A DNA stretch of 64,000 nt from the human T2T-CHM13v2.0 reference genome, Homo sapiens: NCBI RefSeq assembly GCF_009914755.1, contig NC_060928.1, one strand, 5' to 3'. Of the stretch, positions 47,711 to 61,992 are shown one piece after another. The notes beneath the pieces were generated by a model that did not search any database, was not told the DNA's origin, and saw only the letters and a program-made list of their open reading frames with translations. Position 1 is the stretch's first letter; every line of letters starts with the position of its first letter. Both the position numbers and the translations under genes were made by a program.

Positions 47711-49026
47711 GGAAGCAAAAGAAATTGCTTCTGATCAGGGAGGTAAGAGGATAGGGCCCTGCCAGAGACAGAAAGTGTAAAAACACACAGATTGTTTTTC
47801 ACTAGAAGAGCCAGAAGTGTCCATGAGAGTGTCTAAATGATTTGAATTTATTTGTCATCGATGTGCCTGTAAGTTTCTAACACAAAGTTGATGACTCTAC
47901 ACATCTCTCCTTGCTTTCCTCAGAAAAGCCCAAACCAAGTACTTCAAATGCATAATTTGTAAAGATTGTGATGATGTACACAGAAAAATTTGTCATTTCC
48001 ATCTCATTGAAAAAGGCCTCTCACTTCCTTAGCCAGATCGTCTCTCTAATCCTCAGACTAAAACTGAACAGCTCTGGGATACATAATGACTACAGAAGCA
48101 ATTTCAGAAACTTCTGGAGGGAAGCATCACACAAATGAATGATTCTGTGGTTCAGAATTATTAGCTTGATGCCCAGATGCATATCGTATTTGCAAGAGGC
48201 AGTTTACAATCTGCTCAGCTTAACAAATGCAGCACAAGGGGATTTAAATCCCTGCATTTGCAATTTCTGTCTCTCCCTCTCCAAATTTATGGTGAAATTA
48301 TAGACACCAGTAATGTGTCAGGGCTGAGTGAACTGAGGTCTCTGCTCTGCTCTCACAGCTCCATTTCACTCAAAGGAGAGTAATAAATGGAAAGCAACAA
48401 AAAAGTCTCAGCAGATAATGAATCTGTGTCCTAATGACCTTCCCAAACTACAAAATGGATTCATAATTTACCTGATATTGCCCAAACCATTCGGTGCCTG
48501 TTGTGAGGTGTTAAGATATTTTGGACATTTTAGACCACAAATGTGCATTTTAAGCAGTTCCTCAATGATTCAAGAAGGCTCCGAACTACCTTTCCCTGTC
48601 AAGGTACAATTTTCCATCAATGACAGCGGAAGGCATGTTTCCACCCTTCCCTGTTTGCTGCCTTGATAGTGATGTGATCGATTACTAAGGAGTCTTGGTC
48701 TGTTCTGCAGACCCTGGGACTACAGTGTGGCCATTTGTATAAGATACGGGTGTTACAAGCCAATGCGTGGTATCACACATCTGTCTCTATTTTAAAACCA
48801 CTTGGTCTCCGGCAAGGATTGCAGAGTGGAGGCTCACATTTATTCAAGGGAAGTCATGTGCAAAATAATATGTTTGCTTGCTGAACAGGTCTGTCACTTG
48901 CTGGTCATCTCCATCTGAGTTTGCTGCAAAGGAAGCAGTTGATCGGCCACTACTAGGGCATCAATACCAAATAGGAATAACACATATGAAATGGTCTGAA
49001 ATTAGTAGGCTTTAGAAATGAAAAGC

Positions 49027-49190
49027 AGCTAGGCACAGTGGCTCACGCCTATAGCCCCAATACTGTGGGAGGCTGAGACGAGAGGATCGCTGGAGCCCAG
49101 CAGTTCGAGGCTGCAGTAAGCTATGATCGTACCACTGAATTCCAGCCTGGGGAACAGAGGGAAACCCTATTTCTAAAATTAAAAAAAAAA
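49027..49190 (+). mobile_element. Alu monomer (FLAM/FRAM/AluJ-like)
   Basis: Single arm with gttcgaggctgcagt and A tail. Confidence 0.85.
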
Positions 49191-49499
49191 GGCTCACAGA
49201 TTTTTAAAGATCTTTGTGTATTGCATCCAAATGTTGCCTTTTTTTCCATGCCAGAGCTAAAATGGAAATAAGTCATGAGATAAAGTAAAAGAGAACATCT
49301 ACTGATTTTCATGAACTCATACTTTTTATTCATTTAATCACCTCTCTATCCTTATGTTCATCCAGTCAGTCCACAAACATTTATTACAATTGTTGTACAC
49401 TTTCCCAAGTAAAATAAGGTTCAATTTGAAATTTACTTTGTGCTTCTTTCATCCAAAATTATATATGAGCTTGAGCAAAGCAATCCACTGGATATATCT

Positions 49500-50085
49500 A
49501 TGGCTTCGGCAACCACCCACTATGCACTGGTGACATTCAAATTTCTACATGGAGCTCAGACATCACTCTTGAATTCCAGCTTTATCATCAACTTCCCACC
49601 AGACCCCCGTTCATCAGTATTTAAGTGTCCCACTAAACTTAATCGAAACACATCCAAATTGAATTCATCCTCTTTCCCCCTCCTCTTATTCTCTATCTGA
49701 GCTGGATGTGTAGTGTGGCCTCTGCCAGAAGCCCAGCTATGGCCATAGATTGTTGCCTTTCCTCACCCTCAACACACAGTCAGTTTCCAAGTGCTATTAA
49801 CTACTCCTTTGTGTACCTTCCTCCATCCCATTGCCTTGGTCTTGCTTCACTTTCTTCTCATCCTTCCTGCAAACTAGCATGATAGACCAGCCTGGTCTCA
49901 GCACAGGTCTCAGTTCCCTTCCAAGCCACCCATGACATTAGTGTCAGCATAGTCTCTCAGAAGGTGCAAATCTGGTTATTCTTCTGTTTCAAACCTTCAC
50001 TGGCTCACCCCAGCATTCAGGAAAATGCCCAAACAAGGCCCTTTTATGGTCCGGCCCCTGCCTATCTTTTCAGGCACCTCCCACA
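49500..50085 (+). mobile_element. Degenerate L2 fragment
   Basis: tcttctgtttcaaaccttcactggctc, ggcccctgcctatct motifs. Confidence 0.55.
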
Positions 50086-50390
50086 AGACTCAAGTGTAAA
50101 ATCCTCCAAAATCCCCACGAGTTATCCCTTGCACCATGAGCCTTCTTACCTCTATATAGTGGCAATTTAACTCATGCAGCTACTACTACGCATTGATTAG
50201 AGACCATGAGGGACTCATATGAATTGAAAGATTCACTAATATTGATGTCACAGACCAATGTGTTTGTAAAATCAGCATAGCATCATTAGCACAAATGAAA
50301 CTGGGCTTTAATGGAATTTATCTTTGGCTAGATTGTTTTTTTAATCTGGCTGTGGCACCACCCCAGAAGAGTAAATGAAATTCCACATGT

Positions 50391-50698
50391 CAGCCAGGCA
50401 TGGTGGCTCACTCCTGTAATCCCAGCACTTTGGGAGGCCAGGCAGGTGGATCACAAGTTCAGGAGTTTAAGAGCAGCCTGGCTAACATGATGAAACCCCA
50501 TCTCTACCAAAAATACAAAAAATTAGCCAGGTGTGGTGGCACGCACCTGTAATCCCAGCTACTCTGAGGCTGAGGCAGGTGAATTGCTTGAATTTGGTTT
50601 GTGGAGGTTGCAGTGAGCCACGCAGCTGCACTCCAGCCTGGGCAACAGAGACTCCATCTCAAAACAAAACAAACAAACAAACAACAAAAACAAAAAAA
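50391..50698 (+). mobile_element. AluS element
   Basis: TSD aaattccacatgtc. Confidence 0.92.
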
Positions 50699-51905
50699 TT
50701 CCACATGTCCTCCTATGTCTCAGTATTCTTACTGTGGTGATTCAAGAACTGGTTTTTAGGGAAAACTGGAGAGAAAACACAAAGGATTTTTCTAGAAAAT
50801 GTGTTTGCTCAGCCATTAATAAACTTGTTTTCCTTAACCATCAGGACTTTGTTATTATGCATTGGAACTCTCCAAGAGAGGGATTTAAGGAGCAGCTTTT
50901 CTTCAGGTTGAACAGGGAAGCCTGGTTTCAGAGCACTGATTAACAGCTACCCATAGTGATTTTCTTTGAATGCAATCTGGCTTCCCTGTATTCCAATGTA
51001 ATAAATCATTCTTTCAGCTGTGCAGTAGTATTTAAGGACTACCTGCTTAATCTTTAATTGGCTAAGTAGTTACAAGCTCAAATTATATAGTGTAAAAATA
51101 TTGCAATAGATCACAGTGTTGTCAATTTTCTCCTACAGAACTCTGACATTCTCAAACATAACAAAGCTCACCTCTCTCACATTAATGACTGAAATGTCCT
51201 TGGAATAGAGAATGGCATAGTTATTATTTGCAAAAAAAGTATACTTCTGTCTCCTGAATGTCAGGAGCCCACATGTCATGTGCATGTGAGTGTGTGTGTG
51301 TGTGAGTGTTGGAGGACGTGTAGACCTCGAATTAGGGCTTCATTTTCTGTACATCACTGATGAAGTAGCTTTATATGTGTTCCCTTCACCACAGCCAACT
51401 TATCTTTTAACTAATCCTACTGTAAGGATCATTTAACTTATCCCTATCAAATGTGTCTCCTCCTCCAGGAAGTCTTCCCTTACTTCCATCTTCCACCTAG
51501 ATTCAGGTGCCCCTTTTCTGGGCTGCCACAGTGCTCCATTCATTGAGTCAACACTTACTGGGTAATTTTTATGTCAGGTACATGGCTTGGTACTAGGAAC
51601 TTAGAGATGGATAAAACTAGTCCCTCAAGGAGTTAAGACCCAGCCTACCCCTGTCCAAACTACATTGTAATTGTTTGGGTCACCTGTCTCTGGTATCGGA
51701 CTGTGCCTGGTATATGCTAGGTGTCATATTAACAAATGGATGGATAAATAAAAGACCTTTGCTTCAGCAACATGTTAATATCAAAAGGGAGACCATCCCG
51801 GGCTTTAATATGTAATAAATTTCCATTAAATTTCACTGGAAAAACTGCTAATAAACGAGGTCTGGGTGCTGAGGTGATGGAGGAGTCTCCACGCTGCTCA
51901 ACTAT

Positions 51906-52415
51906 TGTGTTGGGGTTAAACAGGTAAAAAACTAGCTTGTTTGGGGTACAGGTGGGCCAACCTGGGTCCCCAGGGAAGGGAGACCTACATATTCAGGGCT
52001 CATACAACTGGGTCCCAAGAGAAGTCACATAATCTACTGTTAATTATACTAGAGTCACCATTAAATCACATTCCTTTCCTTAAGAAGAAAACTAGCTCTT
52101 TAGCTCACCGCAGACCACCTCTTCCCCCTTTCCCCTCTCTCCCTTACAAACCCACCTTATCTAAGAAAAAGTTCAAATGTTTAGCCAATCAAGTCTAGCT
52201 TAGATTGTGCAATCTGACCCCAGCCAATAAAAAAAGAGCACAAGGGCAAAATTTACATCAAGAATAAAAACTTTCACTCTCCTTTGTTCTGTGTGCTCTC
52301 ATAGCGACTAGCCAAACAAGAAGGTCCCCTCTGCACAGAAGGAAATTTGCTTTGTTAAGAAATCCTTTTGTCTAAGTACTCATTTTCCTTACGACTCCGA
52401 GCTTTTTTTCAAATA
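51906..52415 (+). mobile_element. ERV1 solo LTR, LTR10-family-like
   Basis: ttagccaatc...gcttagattgtgc...ccccagccaat and ctctcctttgttctgtgtgctct match the recalled LTR10 3' half; two CCAAT boxes; no clean TSD found. Confidence 0.65.
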
Positions 52416-52440
52416 TCTAATCTTCTCTTCTGTCACCTCC

Positions 52441-52842
52441 TGATATGGTTTGTACCCGTGTCCCTACCCAAATCTCATGTTGAATTGTAATCCCCAGTGT
52501 TGGAGGTGAGGCCTGCTGGGAGGTGATTGGATCATGGGGCAGAGTTCTCATGAATGGTTTTGCATCATCCTCTTGGTGTTGTTCTCATGATAGCGAGTGA
52601 GTTCTCCCGAGATCTGGTTGTTTAACCGCCCCCCATCTCTTGCTCCTGCTTTTGCCGTGTAAGACACCCACTTCCCCTTCACCTTCTGTCGTGATTGTAA
52701 GTTTCCTGAGGCCTCCCCAGAAGCAGAAGCCACTGTACTTCCCATACAGCCTGCAGAACCATGAGCTAATTAAACCTCTTTTCTTTATAAATTACCCAGT
52801 CTCAGATATATCTTTATAGTAATACGAGAATAGGTTAACACA
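52441..52842 (+). mobile_element. MSTA-like MaLR solo LTR
   Basis: tgatatggtttg...ttaacaca termini; 5-bp TSD cctcc. Confidence 0.9.
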
Positions 52843-53086
52843 CCTCCCTACTGCGCCTGCTTCCCCATCCATCCCATCCCAACCAGCAGAGTCTCTAGAA
52901 GACATCCTGTGTGATTTCTGTCTCTGATGAAACTGCCGGCACTAAAACATGTCATTGAAAGAGGTCTTTTTTGCGTACGTTGATCTAATTCTTCTGTAAA
53001 GAAGCAACAATTACTAAATCTGGAGAACTTTTCTTCTAGCATGAGTCTAATTGTCAGAATAAAGTTAGTAGAAATAAAGTAGACAA

Positions 53087-53397
<311 letters not shown>

Positions 53398-53659
53398 GAC
53401 AATTTTTTAAGTATCCTTTTTTTCCTACTGAATTGTCTACACTGAATAAAGACTAACACAAGAAAAATATCTCACTGTGATGTAATCGTTAAGCACTGTT
53501 GTTTTGTTTGACATACTGGAACTTTGTAATGCTAAATTGCTTAAAAAGAAGCCCTACATTGTTTGCCAAAATAAAAATGGAACAGAGATGATTTCCTTTC
53601 TCTCTGTAGACAAGAAATTTCAAGTAGAAAAACGTGTTTTGAACCCAGCAAGGGGAAAG

Positions 53660-53669
53660 GGGACTTTCC
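53660..53669 (+). promoter_or_regulatory. Canonical NF-kB site GGGACTTTCC
   Basis: Exact match to the classical kB decamer; function untested. Confidence 0.45.
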
Positions 53670-54089
53670 AGAGACTCAGTCCATGACTTTTTCTTATCAT
53701 TGCTTGGGTGTTTTTGTATTGTAACTAATTTTTTTTTTTTTTTTAACCACAGAGGATCTCGACATGGCTTAAAAGAATTTCTCTTAAAAAATCAATTAAC
53801 ACATTGCTTATTGATCCTATTTTATGAGCATCCAAAGCAAAAAGCTTAATTCTGTGCAATTCTTCTCACAACTACCAAATAATTGAGTTCTTTGAGGTAC
53901 TTTGTTACATGGGTACAGATGAGAGAATGTTTGTTGTGTAGCGAACTTGTGGTAGAGTACGGTTTATAAGTAGACCTTCCAAGCATTGTTGAGATCAAGA
54001 GATTCGCAATACAGAACTCTCTACTAGAAGTGTTTATGAAAAGGTATTTGTCTGTATTGAACAATCTTTTTTTCCTAAGAAAAAGATCA

Positions 54090-54172
54090 TAGCCAAGCAA
54101 GGTAGCTCACACTTATTATCTCAGCACTTTGGGAGGCTGAGGCAGGAGAATCACTTGAGGTTGGGAGTTCAA
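54090..54172 (+). mobile_element. Alu 5' fragment
   Basis: cagcactttgggaggctgaggcaggagaatcacttgagg. Confidence 0.8.
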
Positions 54173-54219
54173 CAGAAATGATTCACTTTTACCTCCATGA
54201 TTCAGCGATTAAGATGCAA

Positions 54220-54460
54220 CAGAGCAGTGGGTTAAGAGCACAGACTTTAAAACTAGACTGCCTGGGTTTGAATTTCAATCCTGCCACTTAAAAGCTGTGT
54301 GACCTTGAACAAGTTTCTTAACCTCTCTTTGACTTAATTCTTCACTTATAAAAAGGGGTAATAATAATGGTACTTACCTCCTAACCTTGTGAGGAGAATA
54401 TTAATTCATTAATTAATACATGCTAGGTGCTTCATATGGTACCTGGCACATAGTCAATAC
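54220..54460 (+). mobile_element. MIR SINE
   Basis: gttaagagcacagact...gactgcctgggtttgaat...gctgtgtgaccttgaacaagtt. Confidence 0.88.
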
Positions 54461-55310
54461 TGTTCTAAATTCCCTTCCAAACTCCTATCCCAACCTTGGG
54501 CTATTTTTTACAGTGGTTGCATGAGCTATGGCTACCCTAAAGCAGCTGAAAATGTAGAGCAGCTATATATCCTTTAGTGTGAGTGAAGGGAGATCCTTTC
54601 CCAATATACACAGCTTACAAGGGGCAGACTTAGAAATGGTAGATAATCACTTTCAGAACTCTAGCCCATATGTTTCCCTAGAGCAAACCACTTTCTTTCC
54701 AAACATGAATTTCATGTAAGAGAATAAACATTTACAGATAGCTGGAAAGAAGCAAGGCTCCATATAGGGACATAAACTAATGCCTGTCTTTGCCAGATAC
54801 CAAGTCCCTGAGAGGTCTATCTCTGAAACAAGCCTTTAAACTATACAAAGCAAACTGTCAGTCTGGGGGGGAAATGAGGATTTTAAAGTCACTATCTCCT
54901 ATTAAATATTGCAGATAAACACACACAGAGAGAAAAAGAAGAGAAGTTGTGCTTTACACTAAAAAGAGACTTAGGGGAAAAAAGCAGCCTGCACTACCCT
55001 AGGGAAAGGAGACCTTGTCTTCTTTCCAAGTTCCATCATTGACAACCTCTGTGATGTGATCTTGGGTGAAACCCTCAACCGCTGGGGGCATCAGCTTCCT
55101 CAGCTGTAAAATGAGGGAGATGAACTAGATCTATAAGATTTCTTACAGCTCTGACATCCTATGACTTTATAAAATAAAATAGATGTTAAATGTATCCAGC
55201 AGGCAACAGAAACTAACTCTGGAAACGTACGCGGGAAAAGGATATTTTTGCAAGAATATCACTGGTAGCCCACAGAATCAAAGGGAAGCCTGGAGAACCA
55301 GGTTCAGAAC

Positions 55311-55674
55311 TGATGTGGTTTGGCTGTGTACCCACTCAACTCTCATCTTGAATTGTAGCTCCCATAATTCCTACATGTCATGGGAGGGACCCAGTGGGAG
55401 ATAATTGAATCATGGGAGCAGGTCTTTTCCATGCTGTTCTTGTGATAGTGAATAAGTCTCACGAATCTGATAGTTTTAGTAAGGGGATTTCCCCTGCACA
55501 CACTTTCTTGCCTGCCGCCATGTAAGACGTGACTTTGCTCCTCCTTCACTTTCTGCCATGATTGTTAGGCCCCCCCCAGCCACGGAAAACTGTGAGTCCA
55601 TTAAACCTCTTTCCTTTATAAATTGCCCAGTCTCGGGTATGTCTTCATTAGCAGCATGAGAACAGACTAGTACT
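55311..55674 (+). mobile_element. THE1B solo LTR nested in an older MaLR-like element
   Basis: tgatgtggtttggctgtgt...gaacagactagtact, 364 bp, 5-bp TSD agaac. Confidence 0.92.
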
Positions 55675-56257
55675 AGAACCAAGGCAGTTAGGTGAGGATA
55701 GGGGATGTGTTTGGGGTTTAGAGGCAGGAATAACTGAACTATGTTACTGAAGTGAATGAGCTTCATTTTTTCCACCCTTACCTCACTGAATCCAAAACTC
55801 AAAGTCCTAAGATAGAGGGTCAAATTAGTCTAGCTCAAGTCACATGCCACTCATTGGCTGGTGGGCAAGAACCCTTGATGAATAGTCCCACCAAGACATT
55901 GTTCAACCTGTGAGAGGTGATTCCCTAAGAGGACATTGGGGTATGATTATGAGAAGTGCACTGACTACTGGGCAGCTCTTCACTACAAATCTTGTGTCTG
56001 TCTTTGTGATACCACACATTAATAGAACTTTTCTAAGTCAAAATCGATGGACTATTTTCACAGCCCATCTGAAAACAGATGTAACTTTGGATAGAGATAT
56101 TGGCCCCATGACAACACTGTATCCATACACAGATGTGACCACCCATCACAAAATGTTAGACAATGACACATGCTTGCAGAACAGCCTTCGCATGCCTCAA
56201 GAGATTGTTCTGGGGGGAAAAAACACAAGTCTGTGTTTTGTTCTAAATGTTTCTCTC

Positions 56258-56553
<296 letters not shown>

Positions 56554-56866
56554 ATTGTTTCTGTCTTTGCACATCTCCTTGGATGTGAGAAGGAACATTC
56601 ACAGAGGCACCCAAGAGTCATTTTCCTCTTCTTCCGTGTTTACAGAGCCCTGTTTTTATTCTGATGGTCAATTCTCCTCCCCAACTTGAGAATCAGGTTA
56701 ATCCTGATTGGTTGTAATTAGTCATGATGGTCCCATACCCCCTGCCATTGGGTGGTTTAAGGGTAGCTCTGTGACCTTGCTCTAGATGCTCTGACATGAG
56801 AATAAATCTGCTGGGGATGGAGGAGACTCCTTGTAAAGGTTTCTTCACTTGGATAGAGGACATTGT

Positions 56867-56980
56867 GGCTATAGGTGTGGTGGCTCATGCCTGTAATCCA
56901 AGCTACTCAAGAGGCTGAGGCAGGAGTATAGTTTGAGCCCACGAGTCCGAGACCAGCCTAGGTAACTAAAAAAGAAAAAT
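56867..56980 (+). mobile_element. Alu monomer (FLAM-like)
   Basis: Single left-arm-like unit with A-rich end. Confidence 0.8.
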
Positions 56981-57004
56981 CAAGGTGTAAAGATATGATG
57001 ATTG

Positions 57005-57452
<448 letters not shown>

Positions 57453-57565
57453 TTAAGCAACTCTGGAAGCACCCTATTTAGAATTTCCCATTAGATAACA
57501 TAATAAATCTCCTCATCATTTAAATCACTTTCACTTGGACCTTCTACTATTTGCAGAAGAATTAT

Positions 57566-58865
57566 CTTTTTTTAGTTGACATGTAATAATTGCACATATT
57601 TGTGGGATATAGAGTAATATTTTGATACATGTGTAATGATTAAATCAGAGTAATTAGCATGTCCATCACCTCAAACATTTATCATTTATTTGTGTTGGGA
57701 ACCCTCACAATCCTCTTTTCTACCTATTTTGAAATATGCAATACTGTTTTGTTAACTATAGCCATCCTGTAGTGACTATACAGTGACTTCCTCTCTGTAA
57801 TTTTTTAACCATTAACCAATCTCTCCCTATCCTTCCCTCTCTCTACCCTTCCCAACCTCTAATAACTACAATTCTACTCTCTACTTCTACAAGCTAGTTT
57901 TTTTTTAGCTTTTGCATGAGTGAGAACATTTGGTATTTATCTTTCTACATCTGGCTTGTTTCCCTTAACATGATGTCCTCCAGGCTCATCCATGTTGCTG
58001 TGAATGACAGAATTTTATTTGTGTGTGTGTGTGTGGCTGAATGGTATTCCATTGTTTATACTGATATGGTTTGGCTGTGTCCCCACCCAAATCTCATCTT
58101 GAATTGTAGCTCCCATGGTGGGGAGGGACCCAGTGGAAGATCATTGAATCAGGAGGGCGATTTCCCCCATACTATTGTCATGGTAGTAAGTCAGTCTCAT
58201 GAGATCTGATGGTTTTATAAGGGGAAACCCATTTTGCTTGGCTCTTATTCTCTCTTGCCTGCCGCCATGTAAGACATGGCTTTCACCTTCTGCCATGATT
58301 GTGAGGCCTCCCCAGCCATGTGGAACTATGAGTCCATTAAACCTCTTTTTCTTTATAAACTACCCAGTCTTGGGTATGTCTTTATTAGCAGTGTGAAAAC
58401 AGACTAATACATATATGTACCACATTCTCTTTATTCATTCATCCATTGATGGATCTGTAGGTTGGTTTCATATTTGGGCTACTTTGAATAGGGCTGTAAT
58501 AAACACTGAGGTGCAGGTAGTTCTTGGATATATTGATTTCCTTTCCTTTGGATAAATACCCAGTAATAGCACTGCTGGATCGTGTGGTAGTTCTATTTTT
58601 AGTTTTTTAAGAAACTTTCGTACTATTTTTCATAATGGCTGTACTAATTTACATTCTCACCAACAGTGCACAGGAGTTTCCTCTTCTCTGCATCCTCTCC
58701 AGCATTTATGTTATTTTTTGTCTTTTTGAGGATGGCCATTTGACTTGGAGTGAGATGATACCCCAGCATGGTTTTGATTTATATTTCCCTGATGATTAGT
58801 GATGTTGAACATTTTTTCATATACTTATGTCTTCTTTTAAAAAAAAGAAGTCTATTCAGAACCTT
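57566..58865 (-). mobile_element. L1MA/MB 3' region, interrupted by THE1
   Basis: tccaggctcatccatgttgct, tttcctttggataaatacccagta, catttgacttggagtgagatgata motifs. Confidence 0.85.
58062..58411 (+). mobile_element. THE1 (C/D-like) solo LTR nested in L1
   Basis: tgatatggtttggctgtgtccccacccaaatctc...agactaataca; TSD tatac/tatat. Confidence 0.92.
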
Positions 58866-60923
58866 TACCAAAGTACATAATTCCCAGTTCCCAGAAGATT
58901 TTTTAAATGTATATTTTAGTTTTCATGGCTCTAGGTTAATCTGGTAATACACCTTACTTAAATTTTCAAAACTTAAGAACTCCTTTCCACTCATTATCCT
59001 AAGATTGCCATCCATCATAATAGTACAAATAGTTGGAGATGGTGAAGAAACATGTAGACAGAAAAAGAAGTAAAATAGACAAGGAGACAGAGAAGGAAGT
59101 AAATGGAGTCAAATTATGAGAATAAACTGTGTCAGAAAATTGAGTCCAAGTCTTTATTCTACAATGTTTGACAGAAAGGGAAAGGAAGATAGTTCAGAGA
59201 GAGAGAAACAGACAGGAGTTCTCTACTGACAGAAGGAGAAGGTAAGGATGGATGCAATTCAGTACAATATTTGTCTATTTTTGAATTTTATTTTACTAAA
59301 TATTAAGTAGGTACTAAAGTTCATTTTACAATATATATAAGCTATATAGAATTGTGACCCAATGAACTCTCATACACCTGCCCCCAAGTTTATAAAAGAA
59401 CATTATCCTTGGGCTAGAAGGCCCTGATGTGTGGGCCTCCAATTCCATCCCCTTACAGATAACCTGAATCTACAGCCAACATCTGGCTAACTCCATTAAC
59501 CCAGATGACTATTGCTTGGGAGAAGCAGGTTGGAGAGAAGTGAGTACCTATCATCAGAGACTCAGAAGCTGGAGATGATATGGTTCCCTCTCTCACTCAC
59601 AGTCTGGTAGGGAAAGAGAAATGAATACAACTAGCTGTGGTACAAGGCAAGATGTGAGAAGTACCATGATAAGAGGACTAAATCCTAGAAAAACACAGAA
59701 ACAACAGACATTGTTCCATCTGGGGTGAGCAGGGGAAACTTCATGGACAAGGTGGCCTATCTGCCTTTCGTGTAAAGGATTTATAAAGATGAAAGGAAAG
59801 GGCAAATGTAACAATCATTAAAAAGGCAGGGAAAAGAAGGTGGTCTGAATGACTATTTCATCCAGGGATGACTAAGTATAGGAGAGGGAAGAGTCCAACT
59901 TCAGGCTAGGATGAAAGTACAGAGTTTGGTAGAAATCCCCTGGAAAATAAAAATTCTTCTAGAAACTAAAAACTAGCTATAAGTTTGGGCAATATTTATT
60001 TTCTGCACACAGGAGTCTGGAAGGTTGTCATGTGTGTCTCATCTCTCCTCCTTTCTCTGCCTACCCTATCACCCCTGCATCAAATCACTTACCAAGCACC
60101 ACCAATTCTCCATCCATATCCTCTCTTCTATCTCTTCTTTTTGTCACTCTAATTCCACTGTGTGCTTAATGACTGAAAGACTCCTGCATGGTGCCATGTT
60201 TCCTCTCTCCCTCTTCAATCTACACCTGAATTCTTTGAAAGGCAGGCTAGGGACCTGGCTGCTTAGCAGGACACAGAGGTCAAGGAGGTGAGTGTGGCTT
60301 ACAGCTGGGGAGGAAAGCCTGCAGTGAGAGCCACGAACACAGGACTAAGCCACAGGTCATAGGGAGGGGGTATGGGTGGGTCAAGGTCAAGTTTGGAACC
60401 AACTGGAAAGCAGGGTACACGAAAAGCTAGTGGTGTCAATGGGAAGCCTTCAATCATACCAGGCACCAAGGACCACTGGTTGGTTTTTACTGGGGCCAGT
60501 TGTATGGAGAGGGGGACAGAACTACCAGGCTAGGGGAGGCACACAGAACCAGTGACCACATAACAACTCCAGTGAGATGTCTTCTTCCAGGGCCCAGTTC
60601 ACCCAGCCTCCTTGCGCTCCTTGAAGACATCTTTGACAGTGCTCTCAGCCGCAGCCACTTCTCTCAGGCACGCCCTCCATCCATTTTGCTCCCTTTGCCC
60701 TGTCTCTACCCCACAAGGCAGATTGTAGAAGCTGCACAGGCTTTGCAGCCTGACCAACCTAAGACTGAAGAATATCAATCAATAGGATTGGTGAGCTTCA
60801 CTTGGCCTCAGCTTCCTCAGAGAGAATGACACCTGTTTCAAGGCATCATTGTGAGGAATAAATGAGAGTACACGGGGCCCATGCCAGGTGTAGAGTGAAG
60901 GCTCGATAAATAGGTCTTCTTAA

Positions 60924-61078
60924 TTTTTCAGAGACAGGGTCTCACTCTGTTGCCTAGGTTGGAGTGCGGTGGTACAACCATAGCTCACTGCAGCCTCACA
61001 CTCCTGGCCTCAAGCAATCCTCCTGCCTTTGCCTCTCACAGTGCTGGGATTACAGGTGTGAGCCACTGCACCCGGCCT
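60924..61078 (-). mobile_element. Alu monomer (AluJ/FLAM-like), followed by L2 remnant
   Basis: Single antisense arm ending gagccactgcacccggcc. Confidence 0.85.
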
Positions 61079-61992
61079 AGTGCTTTACCCAACAAATATT
61101 TACAAAGAACCTACTGTGAGCCAAACACCTTACCAGCTGCTGGGGATTTTATGGTGAGCAGAACTTGACATGTTCCCTGTCCTCATGCAGCTTCCAGTCT
61201 AGAGGGGAAGACAGACATTAATTCGTAACCACAAAAATAATGACAAAGTAACAGGTATGAAAAGGGCTATGGGGGCTGAGAACGTGTTTATTTGAGAGGT
61301 TTGGTGATTCTGAGAATCAGGAAAAGCCATCTTCAAAACCCTGCTCAAAAGCCTGCCCTAATTCCTCCCAACTGGAAGTGATCCTATTGGCTTGTAAATT
61401 CTCAGCAGGAAGCATGCATCCTGCAATTGACACTTAGCTTACCGTATTGTGTCCAGTATTTTCACCAGTGGTGTACACATCCTGTCTCCTCTGCCAGAGT
61501 GTAAATTCTCTGTAGGCAGAGTAGGCCATCTACATCTTTGCGTGCGTCACAGTATCTGTTAAAAGTCGATTATTTTAATGAATCGGCGAAATTAGCTTCC
61601 TGAAAGCTGCCACAATTTAACTGGACTCGAAGCTTTATGTTTGCTTTTTGCAAGCCAAGTTCTCATTGATTTCTAAGTCATTGGTCAGAACATAAGAGGT
61701 GATGTGTAGGGAAACAATAATTTGGCTTCTGAGAAATTGCATAATATCCATACCTCACAGGGTGTAATTCCCCTTCACTACCGCTGAAAAATCCCAGACC
61801 TGAGTTTGACTCACCTATTATTTAGGGATACACAGACCAGAAAAAGTGAGACTACTGTAATTCCGTTTGCGAAATCTTCAATCTCTGAATTTTACAATTA
61901 GAATCTCAATTTGTGATCTAGAGAAAAAAATAATCGAATACCAGAAAAAAAACCTCTGTGTGCTGGAATATTCATGCCTGTTAGATTGCTTA

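Noticed and set aside
51287-51310. tgagtgtgtgtgtgtgtgagtgt resembles miR-574-5p, whose gene is hosted by FAM114A1
   Set aside because: It has one extra TG unit and no complementary 3p arm, and it lies outside the gene. MIR574 is in the first intron, upstream of this window. Simple-repeat coincidence.
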